Virus record (IMG/VR): IMGVR_UViG_3300032291_002550 | Span: 96,436-160,435 of that record | From: a virus | Length of the DNA: 64,000 bases | Strand: one strand, 5' to 3' | Shown here: positions 1-10,063 of the stretch, piece after piece | Numbering within the stretch: the stretch's first letter is position 1 | Layout: every line of letters begins with the position of its first letter | The notes under the pieces: model-generated | Told to the model about the DNA's origin: nothing | The model's input: the letters and a program-made list of their open reading frames with translations, nothing else | Databases searched by the model: none | Translations under genes and position numbers: made by a program

Positions 1-29
1 ACTTACAGGTTCGAATCCTGTCCTGACTA
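1..29 (+). ncRNA. 3' end of tRNA-like intercistronic element (AGTCAGG..CCTGACT family), truncated by window start
   Basis: T-arm ACAGG-TTCGAAT-CCTGT followed by CCTGACT-A, identical to the 3' ends at 10021-10045 and 16414-16438. Confidence 0.75.
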
Positions 30-50
30 CAAAAAAAAGTAACATTTCGG

Positions 51-86
51 TTGTTTATTTGAAAGAAATATCTTATCTTTAAGTAT
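51..86 (+). promoter_or_regulatory. Early promoter, T(T/A)G-N20-TA(TC/TA)TTTA family (representative of 21 copies)
   Basis: Same fixed-spacing motif starts at 51, 380, 1794, 3598, 4989, 7371, 8876, 11333, 14378, 18126, 18315, 19921, 20017, 21483, 23064, 23151, 26655, 29888, 32536, 33972 and 35366, always just upstream of a gene or RNA; resembles Bacteroidota -33 TTG / -7 TAnnTTTG. Confidence 0.8.
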
Positions 87-106
87 AATAATAAAATAAA
101 AAGAAT

Positions 107-322
107 ATGGCAACTAGAAAAAAATCATTTTACATTGGCGAAAGATTTAATCCACAATTAAGTAAACCTTATTATAAAGCATATGGCCAATTAAGTAAAA
201 CCGAAGCAAAAGAAAAAGCAAATCCTATATATGGATCAATGTATTTAACTTGTTTCGAAACGGAATCAGAATATACAATTGCATTGGATAAAATAAAAGC
301 CGACGGCTTTAGTATTCGTTAG
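107..322 (+). CDS. hypothetical phage protein
   Basis: 71-aa ORF directly after a promoter motif. Confidence 0.7.
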   Translation: MATRKKSFYIGERFNPQLSKPYYKAYGQLSKTEAKEKANPIYGSMYLTCFETESEYTIALDKIKADGFSIR

Positions 323-434
323 TTAAATAATTCAAAAATCCTAATTAAATTTTATTAATTTATATTTTTAAAATTTAATTAGGAATTTTGAAAGTAATAT
401 CTTATCTTTAAGTATAATAATAATAAAAAGAAAT

Positions 435-1253
435 ATGACACAAACATTAGAATTAACCTCGGCAGAATTAAAATTAATTGAAAACAAAAGAAAGCAAGAT
501 GCTTTAGAACAAGAAGCAGCAAAATTAAGAAAAGAAGCTAAGATTCAAAAAGAATCAATTGAAATTCAGAATTCAATTCTTAAAGAACAAAAAGAAGCTA
601 ATTTGCAAGTCGCAGCAGCAACGGAATATTATAATGGATTAGTAAAGCTTGATCCTAAATATAAGTTGGAAGTTACGGAGCGCGAATTAAAAAAAGAAAT
701 TAAAGATTATTCAGGCCCAGAAGCTATAGTCATAAAAAGTTTTAATTATACAATTAAGAACGCCCGAATCATATTATCTGATTCTCCTTATTATATAACA
801 GTTGAAAAGCATATTGTATATACTGGTATGAGTTTCCGCGGAACAGATAAAGGATATAAAATGGAATTAAATGGTGGAGGATTTTATAGTGAAAGAAAAG
901 TATCAAATCCAAAAACTATTAATGATAAGATAGTAAATAAAAGACAAGCAGAAATTAATGCAAAAATTGCGGAGCAAAAGAAAGCATCTGGTTTAGATAC
1001 AGCATATAATAACCTAGTAAATAAATACCCTGGAGCAACAATAATCAAATCAACAGAATGGGAAAGAAATTTATATGATAGAAAAGTCTCAGGAGAAACT
1101 ATTAATATTATTACCATTACATTACCCAATACCATTTCAATTAAATATAAAGTATATTCAGATGGTTCATTAGGAAGAAAAGAAATAAGATATCCTTTTA
1201 AAAATAATTTTGATTTATTAGACACATTAAATAATATAATCATACCTCAATAG
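435..1253 (+). CDS. hypothetical protein with N-terminal coiled coil
   Basis: 272-aa ORF after promoter at 380. Confidence 0.75.
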   Translation: MTQTLELTSAELKLIENKRKQDALEQEAAKLRKEAKIQKESIEIQNSILKEQKEANLQVAAATEYYNGLVKLDPKYKLEVTERELKKEIKDYSGPEAIVIKSFNYTIKNARIILSDSPYYITVEKHIVYTGMSFRGTDKGYKMELNGGGFYSERKVSNPKTINDKIVNKRQAEINAKIAEQKKASGLDTAYNNLVNKYPGATIIKSTEWERNLYDRKVSGETINIITITLPNTISIKYKVYSDGSLGRKEIRYPFKNNFDLLDTLNNIIIPQ

Positions 1254-1371
1254 AAATTCTTTTTTTATTATATATAAGAGTAAGGGTAGTGTGTAAAAGC
1301 ATTATCCTTCTTTACTGTTACTTCATTCATGAATGAACGATCTATATATCATATAGCACAACTTTAATGCA

Positions 1372-1462
1372 TGGGGGGTCAAATGGGGTCACCCGGCGGT
1401 TGGTTATGGGGAGCCCGGGGGTTTAGGGGAGCCCTAATAAGGGGGTGGTTAGGGTGGGTGGT
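1372..1462. other. G-tract-rich non-coding island (G-quadruplex-prone)
   Basis: Many runs of 3-6 G on the + strand in an otherwise very AT-rich genome. Confidence 0.6.
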
Positions 1463-1534
1463 TAAACCGGTTGTCACCGCACGGATAACTTTTTCGTCTA
1501 TATAGACCGCGGTTTGTGAAGTTTAGGGCAAGCC

Positions 1535-1640
1535 CTAACAAATCATTCAAGTACCTATCACATAAATCTAACAAATCATTCAAGTACCTATCAAATAAAT
1601 CAAGAATCAAGTAATTACCTATCACATAAATCAAGAATCA
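1535..1640 (+). repeat. 33-bp tandem direct repeat (2 copies plus a degenerate third), iteron-like
   Basis: CTAACAAATCATTCAAGTACCTATCA(C/A)ATAAAT at 1535-1567 and 1568-1600; TACCTATCACATAAATCAAGAATCA recurs to ~1640. Confidence 0.8.
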
Positions 1641-1843
1641 TTTACACACGCACGGGATACACATACACACATAATACACATATACCACAAAGAACTTCGT
1701 TCCTACAAATACCGAATACTACTACGGGTGCGCAGCGGTTAAAATTTTATACAATTGATTTTCAATGCTTTATATAATAATAAAAGAATTTGGTTGATAA
1801 ATTGAATTGTTTTCCTTATCTTTAAGTATAATAAGAAGATAAT

Positions 1844-2230
1844 ATGAAACAAAACGATAGTAAATACCATCAATTATATTTAGGTTTAAAAGATGCAGAT
1901 GACTATTTTCCTAAAGAATCTAGAAAAGAAATGTTATCCTTAATTAAGGAGTTATACAAAGAAAATCAAGATTTGTTAAATGAAGATGATGATAAAGGAA
2001 AATATGGTATAAGATATAAAACCATTGGAGAACTTTCGAAATGGTCTGATACAGGATATCAATTTTTTAGAAGTAAATCTAAAAGAGATGATGTATATGA
2101 TGATTGGATTAATGGAAGGTATTGGGATAAAATATTCGAAACTGAATTGCAATATCGAACCCCTTCGCCGAATGTACATGAGATTGTAAAAATATTTAAA
2201 GAAAGCGGTAATGTATATGATGAAAAATAA
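1844..2230 (+). CDS. hypothetical protein
   Basis: 128-aa ORF after promoter at 1794. Confidence 0.7.
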   Translation: MKQNDSKYHQLYLGLKDADDYFPKESRKEMLSLIKELYKENQDLLNEDDDKGKYGIRYKTIGELSKWSDTGYQFFRSKSKRDDVYDDWINGRYWDKIFETELQYRTPSPNVHEIVKIFKESGNVYDEK

Positions 2231-3086
2231 AAATATGAAAATAGGAGATAAAGTAAGATTTACAAATCCGGGTAGTTACTCAGCCCCTACAGGTTCAACA
2301 GCAAGAATAGTTAGAATTGAATCGCCAATGATTTACATAGAATGGATTGATAAAGGAGATAGTGGTCAAAGCAATGGACGTTATCTCTCAAAAGATTTTG
2401 AAGTAATCGAAGAAGAGTTAGAAGTATTACCTGAAAAATGGGCTATTAAAACTACAAGTGACACTAGGAAAATTATCAATGATTTTATGATTTCAAAAGG
2501 TTACGATACTGTATGGGAGTCTGATTATGTTGCTCATTACCCTTTCACTGTGGGTGGTGGTTCAGCTTTTGTTTCTGTTAGCGGCGGTTATACAGAAATA
2601 TCATTCGAAAATTTTGAAAAATTAGTATTAAACAAAGAAATAAAAACAACAACAAAAACAAAACCCATTATGTCAAAACAAAAATTAACAGTATCAATTA
2701 CGGAAGTATTAGAAATTCATAAAATTGCTTGTACTACTTGGAAAGAAACAATTGCTAAGTATTTAACAAGAGTAGATTCAGACCAAAATATTACTTTTAC
2801 TCAAGAAGAAGTAGATGCGATGTTTAAAGCAGCTACCTCAAGTCAATTACCGAAATTAGAAGATATATTTGGTGCTCAACATAAAGAACCTACATTAGAA
2901 GATATGGCTGATGGTAATCCATTATTTGCCATGCCTGGAGAATTTATTGAAGGAGCTGCTATGATTGAGGTAAGAATATCTAGCGAATATAAAGATAAAG
3001 CGTTTTGGTTAAATCATAATTATATCTGGGAAATTAAAAAAGATAGTAGAGGGACGTTAGTTTTAATTCCGACACCTAAAAACTAA
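2211..3086 (+). CDS. hypothetical protein (N-terminal SH3/KOW-like segment)
   Basis: 291-aa ORF; MKIGDKVRF start. Confidence 0.7.
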   Translation: MYMMKNKNMKIGDKVRFTNPGSYSAPTGSTARIVRIESPMIYIEWIDKGDSGQSNGRYLSKDFEVIEEELEVLPEKWAIKTTSDTRKIINDFMISKGYDTVWESDYVAHYPFTVGGGSAFVSVSGGYTEISFENFEKLVLNKEIKTTTKTKPIMSKQKLTVSITEVLEIHKIACTTWKETIAKYLTRVDSDQNITFTQEEVDAMFKAATSSQLPKLEDIFGAQHKEPTLEDMADGNPLFAMPGEFIEGAAMIEVRISSEYKDKAFWLNHNYIWEIKKDSRGTLVLIPTPKN

Positions 3087-3400
3087 TGAATATGAGTCAT
3101 AAGTGGTATATAGGGCAACCAATAGTAGCGATAAAAAATAGCAAATGTGGTAGAATTAAAAAAGGCCAAGAATTTACAATAAAAGGTCTAATGGGGTCTA
3201 TTTGTAAATGCGGTGATGTATTAATTGATATTGGGTTACGCAGCGATCATGATGGTTGGGGATGTTTTACCTGTAATACTTTTAGGTATAGTAATAATAA
3301 TTATTGGAAAAAAGAAAGATTATTTGCGCCAATGGATATAGATATTTCAGAGCTAACTGATATTTTAAAAGAACCAATTAACGAATTTATAGAAAGATAA
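3086..3400 (+). CDS. hypothetical Cys-containing protein
   Basis: 104-aa ORF coupled to the upstream gene. Confidence 0.65.
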   Translation: MNMSHKWYIGQPIVAIKNSKCGRIKKGQEFTIKGLMGSICKCGDVLIDIGLRSDHDGWGCFTCNTFRYSNNNYWKKERLFAPMDIDISELTDILKEPINEFIER

Positions 3401-3402
3401 TC

Positions 3403-3588
3403 ATGGAACTAGTAAATAAAGCCTTTAAAATATTCAAAAAAATGCAAAAGTTGGACGATTCTGACTTTGAGTCGCAGGTCGAATGTCAATCCGGTATTTT
3501 TAAATTAATGTTGGGTATGACAGACGAAGAAATAAAGTTGTACAACAATAAATGTGACGATTTTCTTAAAGAATCTAAAAAAAGATAA
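3403..3588 (+). CDS. hypothetical protein
   Basis: 61-aa ORF in operon. Confidence 0.6.
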   Translation: MELVNKAFKIFKKMQKLDDSDFESQVECQSGIFKLMLGMTDEEIKLYNNKCDDFLKESKKR

Positions 3589-3669
3589 AAAAAAAGGTTG
3601 GAAATATGAATTGTTTTCCTTATCTTTAAGTATAATAAAAGGAAATAATATTAAAAAAAAAGAAAAGTT

Positions 3670-4869
3670 ATGAAAGAAGAAATTATTGTAATTGTAAGCG
3701 TTAAAGAATTCGAAGCTATTGATACTAATGGTGTTAATCATTGGGATTCTATTCCTGTATTAGTAAGACAAAGAGCAATTGATGGTATGGGTGGTAAAAG
3801 CTCTATTGTATTCAATCCTAATTGTGAAGAATGGCAGCGTATAGAAGTTAGTAAGATACAAGAAAAGATTGAAAAAATTACGACATCTTTAATGGCGACA
3901 GATTCTAAACCAAAAGCTCCGAAAGTTACTAGAGAAGTAAAAAAGGCTGATTTGGATGAAGCTACAAAAGACGTAATTAATTTTGTTCATACTGCTCCAG
4001 AATTTAAGCCTAGCGATTTAATTATGGCTGATGTTAAATGGAAATATCTTATTCGTAATATTATGAGAGGTCAAAATATTATGATGGTGGGCGATTCGGG
4101 TATGGGTAAGACAGTTGCTGCTATGGCAGCTGCTAGGTCATTAGAACGTCCATTATATATTATTGGAATGGGTTCGACTCAAGATCCAAGATCTACCTTA
4201 ATTGGTAATACGCAGTTTAATAAAGAAAATGGTACGTTTTTTGCGGAGAGTAGATTTGTAAATGCTATTCAAGAAGAAAATGCCGTTATTGTTTTAGATG
4301 AGTTATCTCGTGCTAATGGTGAAGCTTGGAATATTTTAATGCCTGTGTTAGACCCTAATCAAAGATGTTTGCAATTAGATGAAAAGCCGGGCAGTCCTAT
4401 TGTTAAAGTGCATCCTACGGTATCCTTTATTGCTACGGCAAATATTGGATTCCAATATACTTCGACTCGTGTAATGGATAGAGCGATGCTCGATCGTTTT
4501 ACGACAATTGAAATGGATCTTTTAAATAAAGATCAAGAATTACATTTATTATCTTTAAAAGTTCCTGAAGTAAGTAAGACGGACTTAAAATCTATTACGG
4601 ATATTACTTCTGATATCAGAACAGAATTAAAATCTGACGTGCCGAGAATATCGACTCAAATTAGTACAAGGGCCGCTATTGAGATTGCTGCTTTATTAAG
4701 AGATGGATTTACTTTAGTAGAAGCTTCAGAAATAGCAATTTATCCTTTTTATTCTGAAGAAGGTGGTGCTCAAAGTGAGCGCGTTTATATTAAGCAATTA
4801 GTTCAAAAGTATATTAAAGACGAATCCGTTCCGGATAGTTTAGTAAATAATGCTTCAAATACGTTTTAA
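3670..4869 (+). CDS. MoxR/CbbQ/CobS-like AAA+ ATPase
   Basis: Walker A GDSGMGKT, Walker B IVLDELSR, ATAN sensor, DRAMLDRF arginine finger. Confidence 0.9.
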   Translation: MKEEIIVIVSVKEFEAIDTNGVNHWDSIPVLVRQRAIDGMGGKSSIVFNPNCEEWQRIEVSKIQEKIEKITTSLMATDSKPKAPKVTREVKKADLDEATKDVINFVHTAPEFKPSDLIMADVKWKYLIRNIMRGQNIMMVGDSGMGKTVAAMAAARSLERPLYIIGMGSTQDPRSTLIGNTQFNKENGTFFAESRFVNAIQEENAVIVLDELSRANGEAWNILMPVLDPNQRCLQLDEKPGSPIVKVHPTVSFIATANIGFQYTSTRVMDRAMLDRFTTIEMDLLNKDQELHLLSLKVPEVSKTDLKSITDITSDIRTELKSDVPRISTQISTRAAIEIAALLRDGFTLVEASEIAIYPFYSEEGGAQSERVYIKQLVQKYIKDESVPDSLVNNASNTF

Positions 4870-5041
4870 AATTCTTTTCTTTTTTTATTATAGTAGAAAG
4901 GGTTATCTTTTATAAAGGTAGCCTAAACTACTGTAAATTAATACATTATAAGTAATTGATAATCAACCAGAAAAAGATTATATAATATTAGGATAATTGA
5001 AATGTTTTCCTTATCTTTAAGTATAATAAAAGGAAATATAT

Positions 5042-7195
5042 ATGGCAAAAGTAGAAAGTTTAAATAAAAGTTCAAGTTTCTGGCTAAATTCCGATTCTTT
5101 TAATGTGGAAGGTAGTACCTCGGGCATTACTAAAAAATTAAAATTATTAGCATATAAAAGAGCTATCTCTAATTTCGTAAAAATCTTAACTCAAAAAGAC
5201 GGATATGAAATAAAATTTAGTACCGGAAATGATTCTTATACAGATGGTAAAACGGTTGTTATTAGTTCAAAGTTAGATGAAAAAAACTTTGACTTGACCG
5301 TAGGATTGGCATTACATGAAGCATCTCATTTGTTATTAACAGATTTTAATGTTATTAAAGATAAAAGAAACACGTATGATGCTGTAACAAAAGAACATGG
5401 CGTATTAGGATTAGAAATGCGTTATGATGTATTACATTCTATTTTTAATATTGTCGAGGATAGATATATTGATAGTTTTGTATATTCTACAGCCCCGGGC
5501 TATAGAGGATATTATCAAACGTTATATGATTTTTATTTTCGTACACCGGCTATTACAAAATTACTTAAATCTCCTAAAAAACGTACGGAGACTGTAGATA
5601 ATTATATTTCGCAACTTTTAAATATAATTGGCTTAGAATTTGACGAAAAATGTTTAATAGGTATGCCAGATATCGTTAAGGAATTTGATTTACCCAATAT
5701 TAAAAGATTAGTTACTACAATGGATAGATTACAGGTCGCGGCAAATATTTATGCAATTATTCTTAAGAATGTAAATGCAGCAATAAACGCCGGCGTAGTA
5801 GATGATGAAGATTCTAAAAAACCTAGTACCCCAAAAGCTCCTAGCGTCAGCAATGAATCTTCTAATGATAAAACTCCTAAGAGTGATGATAAAGATGATA
5901 AAGATGATATAGATTTTGATGATGAAGATAAAGAGTCTGAAGAAGAAATTAAAGAAGACGACAAAGAATCTGAAGAAGAATCTGAGGAAGACGATAAAGA
6001 ATCTGAAGAAGAAATTGAAGAAGAAATTGAAGAGCCTGAAACGGATGAAGAAAAGACTCATAATGATGATAAAAATGAAGATAATGTAATACAACCTTCG
6101 ATGATATCAAATGAGCCTCCATTAACTAAAGAAGAAGAAGACGCGGCAGAAGCGTTATTAGATGTAGCTAAATCAGTAGTAGATGGTAAAGTAGATAAAG
6201 GTAAGCCTGCGGCTAAAAATCTAAATGATCAAATTGATATGTTAGATAAATCAGATGCAGAACTTCATAGAACAGAGTATGATATTTATCGCGGCGCTCA
6301 AAAAATTAAAACTGCTTCTATGAATACATTAATGGTAAAGAACTTAACAAAAGAAGCCGCGCTTAACGGATTATTTACTAATTTGCTTAATAATTACAGA
6401 TCTGTAAGTATAGGAGAAGAAGTTCAAAAAGGTATTATATTAGGTAACCTTTTAGCTAAAAGGATGCAAATTCGTAATGAAGAAAAAAGTACGATAACAA
6501 ATAGATTAAATAGTGGAAAGATATTTAATAGACATATTGCAATGTTAGGCGCGGATGTTGAAAATATATTTTATAAAATAAAGACGGATAAATTTAAAAC
6601 TTCCGTAATACATATTTCAATTGATGCTTCCGGAAGTATGGATGGTACAAGATTTTATAATTGTATAATGACATCTACCGCAATTGCAAAAGCTTGTACA
6701 TATTTAAGAGGTGTTAATTGTATTATTTCTTTTAGAAGTGTAAATGACGGGCTTCCGATGATGGCTGTTGGGTATAATTCTAAGAAAGATCATTTTTCTA
6801 AGATTATAGATTTATTTCCGCATCTAGCAGCAAATTCATCTACTCCAGAAGGATTATGTTATGATGTTTATAAAAAGTTTATTTCTGAAGAAGATGGAAA
6901 TAATGTAGATAAGTATGTAATAAATTTGTCTGACGGAGAACCTTCCTTTGGAAATGATTATCAATATGAGACAGCTTTTAATCATACTAAAAAAGTTTGG
7001 AATGAAATACTTAAAACAGGAGTAGTTGGATTAAGTTATTTTATATCTGAATACGAACATAATATGGATACATTTCGATATATGTATGGCAAAAATGCTA
7101 AATCTATAGATACTAATAATATCGTGCAATTAGCAAGTACAATTAACGAAATGTTAATGTCTAATAGTGCAGTTATGAGTATTCTAAGCGAATAA
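5042..7195 (+). CDS. CobT-like partner: HExxH domain + acidic linker + vWA domain
   Basis: ALHEASH motif, D/E-rich linker, MIDAS DASGS, T-P-E and SDG motifs; adjacent to the MoxR ATPase. Confidence 0.85.
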   Translation: MAKVESLNKSSSFWLNSDSFNVEGSTSGITKKLKLLAYKRAISNFVKILTQKDGYEIKFSTGNDSYTDGKTVVISSKLDEKNFDLTVGLALHEASHLLLTDFNVIKDKRNTYDAVTKEHGVLGLEMRYDVLHSIFNIVEDRYIDSFVYSTAPGYRGYYQTLYDFYFRTPAITKLLKSPKKRTETVDNYISQLLNIIGLEFDEKCLIGMPDIVKEFDLPNIKRLVTTMDRLQVAANIYAIILKNVNAAINAGVVDDEDSKKPSTPKAPSVSNESSNDKTPKSDDKDDKDDIDFDDEDKESEEEIKEDDKESEEESEEDDKESEEEIEEEIEEPETDEEKTHNDDKNEDNVIQPSMISNEPPLTKEEEDAAEALLDVAKSVVDGKVDKGKPAAKNLNDQIDMLDKSDAELHRTEYDIYRGAQKIKTASMNTLMVKNLTKEAALNGLFTNLLNNYRSVSIGEEVQKGIILGNLLAKRMQIRNEEKSTITNRLNSGKIFNRHIAMLGADVENIFYKIKTDKFKTSVIHISIDASGSMDGTRFYNCIMTSTAIAKACTYLRGVNCIISFRSVNDGLPMMAVGYNSKKDHFSKIIDLFPHLAANSSTPEGLCYDVYKKFISEEDGNNVDKYVINLSDGEPSFGNDYQYETAFNHTKKVWNEILKTGVVGLSYFISEYEHNMDTFRYMYGKNAKSIDTNNIVQLASTINEMLMSNSAVMSILSE

Positions 7196-7226
7196 TTAGG
7201 CATTAAGGCAGATTTTAGGGGCTAAT

Positions 7227-7250
7227 AAGGGAGATCTTCGGGTCTCCTTT
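7227..7250 (+). terminator. intrinsic terminator-like hairpin
   Basis: AAGGGAGATC-TTCG-GGTCTCCTTT after the vWA gene. Confidence 0.65.
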
Positions 7251-7420
7251 ATACTAATATGACCCTAATATAAAAGCGCGTATATGAGCGTTTAAAACAC
7301 TTTCTAAAGCATTAATAATCAATAAATTATAACTAGTTGATTATTAATTAGAAAAAATTATAGAAATGATTAGGAAATATGAAATGTATTCCTTATCTTT
7401 AAGTATAATAAAAAGAAATA

Positions 7421-8137
7421 ATGAAAAACATACACGTATTACCAACAGATAAACCAAGTAGGTTGCATACTTACAAAGGAGTATTAAATCTTGCAACAGG
7501 TGAATTTGTTGCTCCTACTATTGTTAAAAATGATTTAATTAACCTAAATATTTACATCACTTCTGATGAAGAAATTAAAGAAGGAAATTATGTAGTTGTT
7601 AGTTGTTCAGAAGTTAATATTGAAGAAGTAAGAATTGTTACAGGATATTATAATGAACAATTTTTATTTGATGATAAAAGTCAAATACATATGGATTATT
7701 GTAAAAAAATCATCCTAACAACGGACCAAAACTTAATCAAAGATGGTGTACAATCCATTGATGACGAGTTCTTAGAATGGTTTATAAATAATCCAAGTTG
7801 TGAGTTTGTTGAAGTTGAAAATGAAATGGTTGCTTCAAAACTTTCTAGTATCGAAAGATGGGATTATGAATACAAAATCATCATTCCAGACTTGTGGGGT
7901 GAAGTATTCAATTGGTTATCACAAGAAGAACCTAAACGAGAAACACTTGAGGAAGCTAAACAAAGAATTTTAGATTCCAATTACCTATCATTAAATGATG
8001 CAGACATTTTTAAAATGGGCGCTGAATGGCAGCGTAAACAAATATTAGATTTTCTATACTCAGAAATAACAGAACGAAGAGATTATTCAGCATCTAAAAT
8101 GTGTGAAAAGGTTGTGGAATTTATTGAACAATTTTAA
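7421..8137 (+). CDS. hypothetical phage protein
   Basis: 238-aa ORF after promoter at 7371. Confidence 0.75.
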   Translation: MKNIHVLPTDKPSRLHTYKGVLNLATGEFVAPTIVKNDLINLNIYITSDEEIKEGNYVVVSCSEVNIEEVRIVTGYYNEQFLFDDKSQIHMDYCKKIILTTDQNLIKDGVQSIDDEFLEWFINNPSCEFVEVENEMVASKLSSIERWDYEYKIIIPDLWGEVFNWLSQEEPKRETLEEAKQRILDSNYLSLNDADIFKMGAEWQRKQILDFLYSEITERRDYSASKMCEKVVEFIEQF

Positions 8138-8148
8138 AAAGAAATAGC

Positions 8149-8856
8149 ATGAAAATAAAATTAGAATTAAGTCAAAATATATTTTTTACATCCGACACGC
8201 ATTACAACCACAAAAACATTTGTCGCGGGGTAAGTAATTGGAAAGATATAAATGGTAATGTACCTATTAATCAAACTCGTAATTTTCAATCTCTAGAAGA
8301 GATGAATGATAGTATTGTTAATGCTATTAATAGTAAAGTAAGAGAAGATGATATTTTGTTCCATTTAGGTGACTTTTCTTTTGGTGGATTTGAAAATATC
8401 GAGGAGTTTAGGAGCAGAATTGTATGTAAAAATATACATTTAATATTAGGCAATCATGATCACCATATTGAACGTAATAAAGATAATATACAAAGATTAT
8501 TTAGTTCTGTAAATCAATGTCTAAGATTAAGTGTTTCTATTTATCCTGGTACGACATTATATAACGGCAATCATGATTTTATATTATCACATTATCCAAT
8601 TGCAAGTTGGCACAACATGAATGATGGTGTAATGCATTTGCACGGGCATGTTCATTTACCAGCACATTTAAAAATACATGAAGGTAAAGCAATGGACGTT
8701 GGTTGTGATGGTAACAATATGGTACCGTATTCAATAAACAATATTATATCTTTGTTAAATAAAAGACCTATAAAATGTTTAACATTACCTCAAGATCATC
8801 ACGAAGAAAGAATTGAAGGTAATGGAGGAAATAAAAAAGGAAGTTCAAGTTTTTAA
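8149..8856 (+). CDS. calcineurin-like metallophosphoesterase
   Basis: SDTH, LGD, GNHD and HGHVH motifs. Confidence 0.9.
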   Translation: MKIKLELSQNIFFTSDTHYNHKNICRGVSNWKDINGNVPINQTRNFQSLEEMNDSIVNAINSKVREDDILFHLGDFSFGGFENIEEFRSRIVCKNIHLILGNHDHHIERNKDNIQRLFSSVNQCLRLSVSIYPGTTLYNGNHDFILSHYPIASWHNMNDGVMHLHGHVHLPAHLKIHEGKAMDVGCDGNNMVPYSINNIISLLNKRPIKCLTLPQDHHEERIEGNGGNKKGSSSF

Positions 8857-8925
8857 TTAAAAGTAAACATTTCGGTTGGAAATATGAAATGTTTTCCTTA
8901 TCTTTATGTATAAGTAAGAGATAAT

Positions 8926-9123
8926 ATGAGATTTATAAACGAAAAGGTACTTAGAGATGCATATTTTAACAATACAATGAAGCGTAAAACAAAATTTTTG
9001 TGGTTGCCAGTAACGATTGATGGAGAAACTAGATGGTTAGAGACTGCTATAATTGATTATAAAGTATTCAAAAAAGTAGGTGTATTTGATGTATATTTTT
9101 TTGGGAACCTTATTGTTTTATAA
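8926..9123 (+). CDS. hypothetical protein
   Basis: 65-aa ORF after promoter at 8876. Confidence 0.6.
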   Translation: MRFINEKVLRDAYFNNTMKRKTKFLWLPVTIDGETRWLETAIIDYKVFKKVGVFDVYFFGNLIVL

Positions 9124-9137
9124 ATAAATAAAAGTAT

Positions 9138-9338
9138 ATGAAACAGTTAACAGAACAACAAATTGAACAGTATAAAAGATTAGCAATACAAGAAACATCA
9201 ATCGAATCTTGCGGCGATGAATGGAATCCTTATGAAATAAGCGGTGGTAACTTTGATGATGCTTATTACGTAGGTTATAAAGATGCTGATATTGAAAATG
9301 CCCGTTTCATTTTACATTTATTTGAAATAGAATATTAA
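9138..9338 (+). CDS. hypothetical protein
   Basis: 66-aa ORF in operon. Confidence 0.6.
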   Translation: MKQLTEQQIEQYKRLAIQETSIESCGDEWNPYEISGGNFDDAYYVGYKDADIENARFILHLFEIEY

Positions 9339-9340
9339 AC

Positions 9341-9601
9341 ATGTTTATAGAAAGATTTTTCAACCCGCAATTGCAAAATTCAAATGAATTTGTATTTTAT
9401 AATACAAAGAAAGCATTGGAACATTGCATATTAAATTATTCATGTATACGGCATTATTCTTTTAGAGGCGATCAATATATTAAATATAATGGTAAAAGTT
9501 TAATTTGGAATGATGGCAGTATAGTTGATAAAAGAAAATTGCCTAAAAATGATGGTTGGGGCAAATATTATTCAGAAATATATAATCATCAATCATTTTA
9601 A
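9341..9601 (+). CDS. hypothetical protein
   Basis: 86-aa ORF in operon. Confidence 0.6.
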   Translation: MFIERFFNPQLQNSNEFVFYNTKKALEHCILNYSCIRHYSFRGDQYIKYNGKSLIWNDGSIVDKRKLPKNDGWGKYYSEIYNHQSF

Positions 9602-9607
9602 TAAAAT

Positions 9608-9681
9608 AGTCAGGTAATTCAATTGGATAGAAAGCCTATGCAGCGCAGCGGAAAATGTGGGTTCGAATCCCGCCCTGACTA
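9608..9681 (+). ncRNA. tRNA-like element (AGTCAGG/CCTGACT family), no canonical anticodon arm
   Basis: Acceptor AGTCAGG/CCTGACT-A, D-loop-like AATTGGATA, T-arm GTGGG-TTCGAAT-CCCGC. Confidence 0.75.
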
Positions 9682-9918
9682 CTATAACCTGTACCCTTGA
9701 AAAACTCGTATTATTCAAAAAGGTGTCATATTCAGAATTGGCCCACCTACTAAAGTAGGTGGCAGTATTAGGAGTACATTTTGATAGATAAGCAGGTTTA
9801 CACCGAAATAAAAGGGTATTAGAATATGGTGTAAAAAAAATATAACCCAGTTTCAGAAGAAACTACATTGACTGAAAAGTTTAACTGAGTAAGCAGAACC
9901 TCTTTTTGGGTTATAGAT

Positions 9919-10045
9919 AGTTAGGTGGTACAATTGGTAGCCATTAGTGTGGGATGAATATATACTCTGTCAAATCAATAACGTAATTGGTCAAATCCTA
10001 CTACGGGTGTATATAGCTAAACAGGTTCGAATCCTGTCCTGACTA
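9919..10045 (+). ncRNA. tRNA-like element with expanded central domain
   Basis: AGTTAGG/CCTGACT-A acceptor, D-loop AATTGGTA, perfect T-arm, ~75-nt insert containing a TATATAC/GTGTATATA stem. Confidence 0.75.
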
Positions 10046-10063
10046 CAAAATATTTTTAATAAA

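Noticed and set aside
1535-1640. Possible CRISPR array
   Set aside because: The repeats are directly adjacent with no unique spacers, and no cas genes are present.
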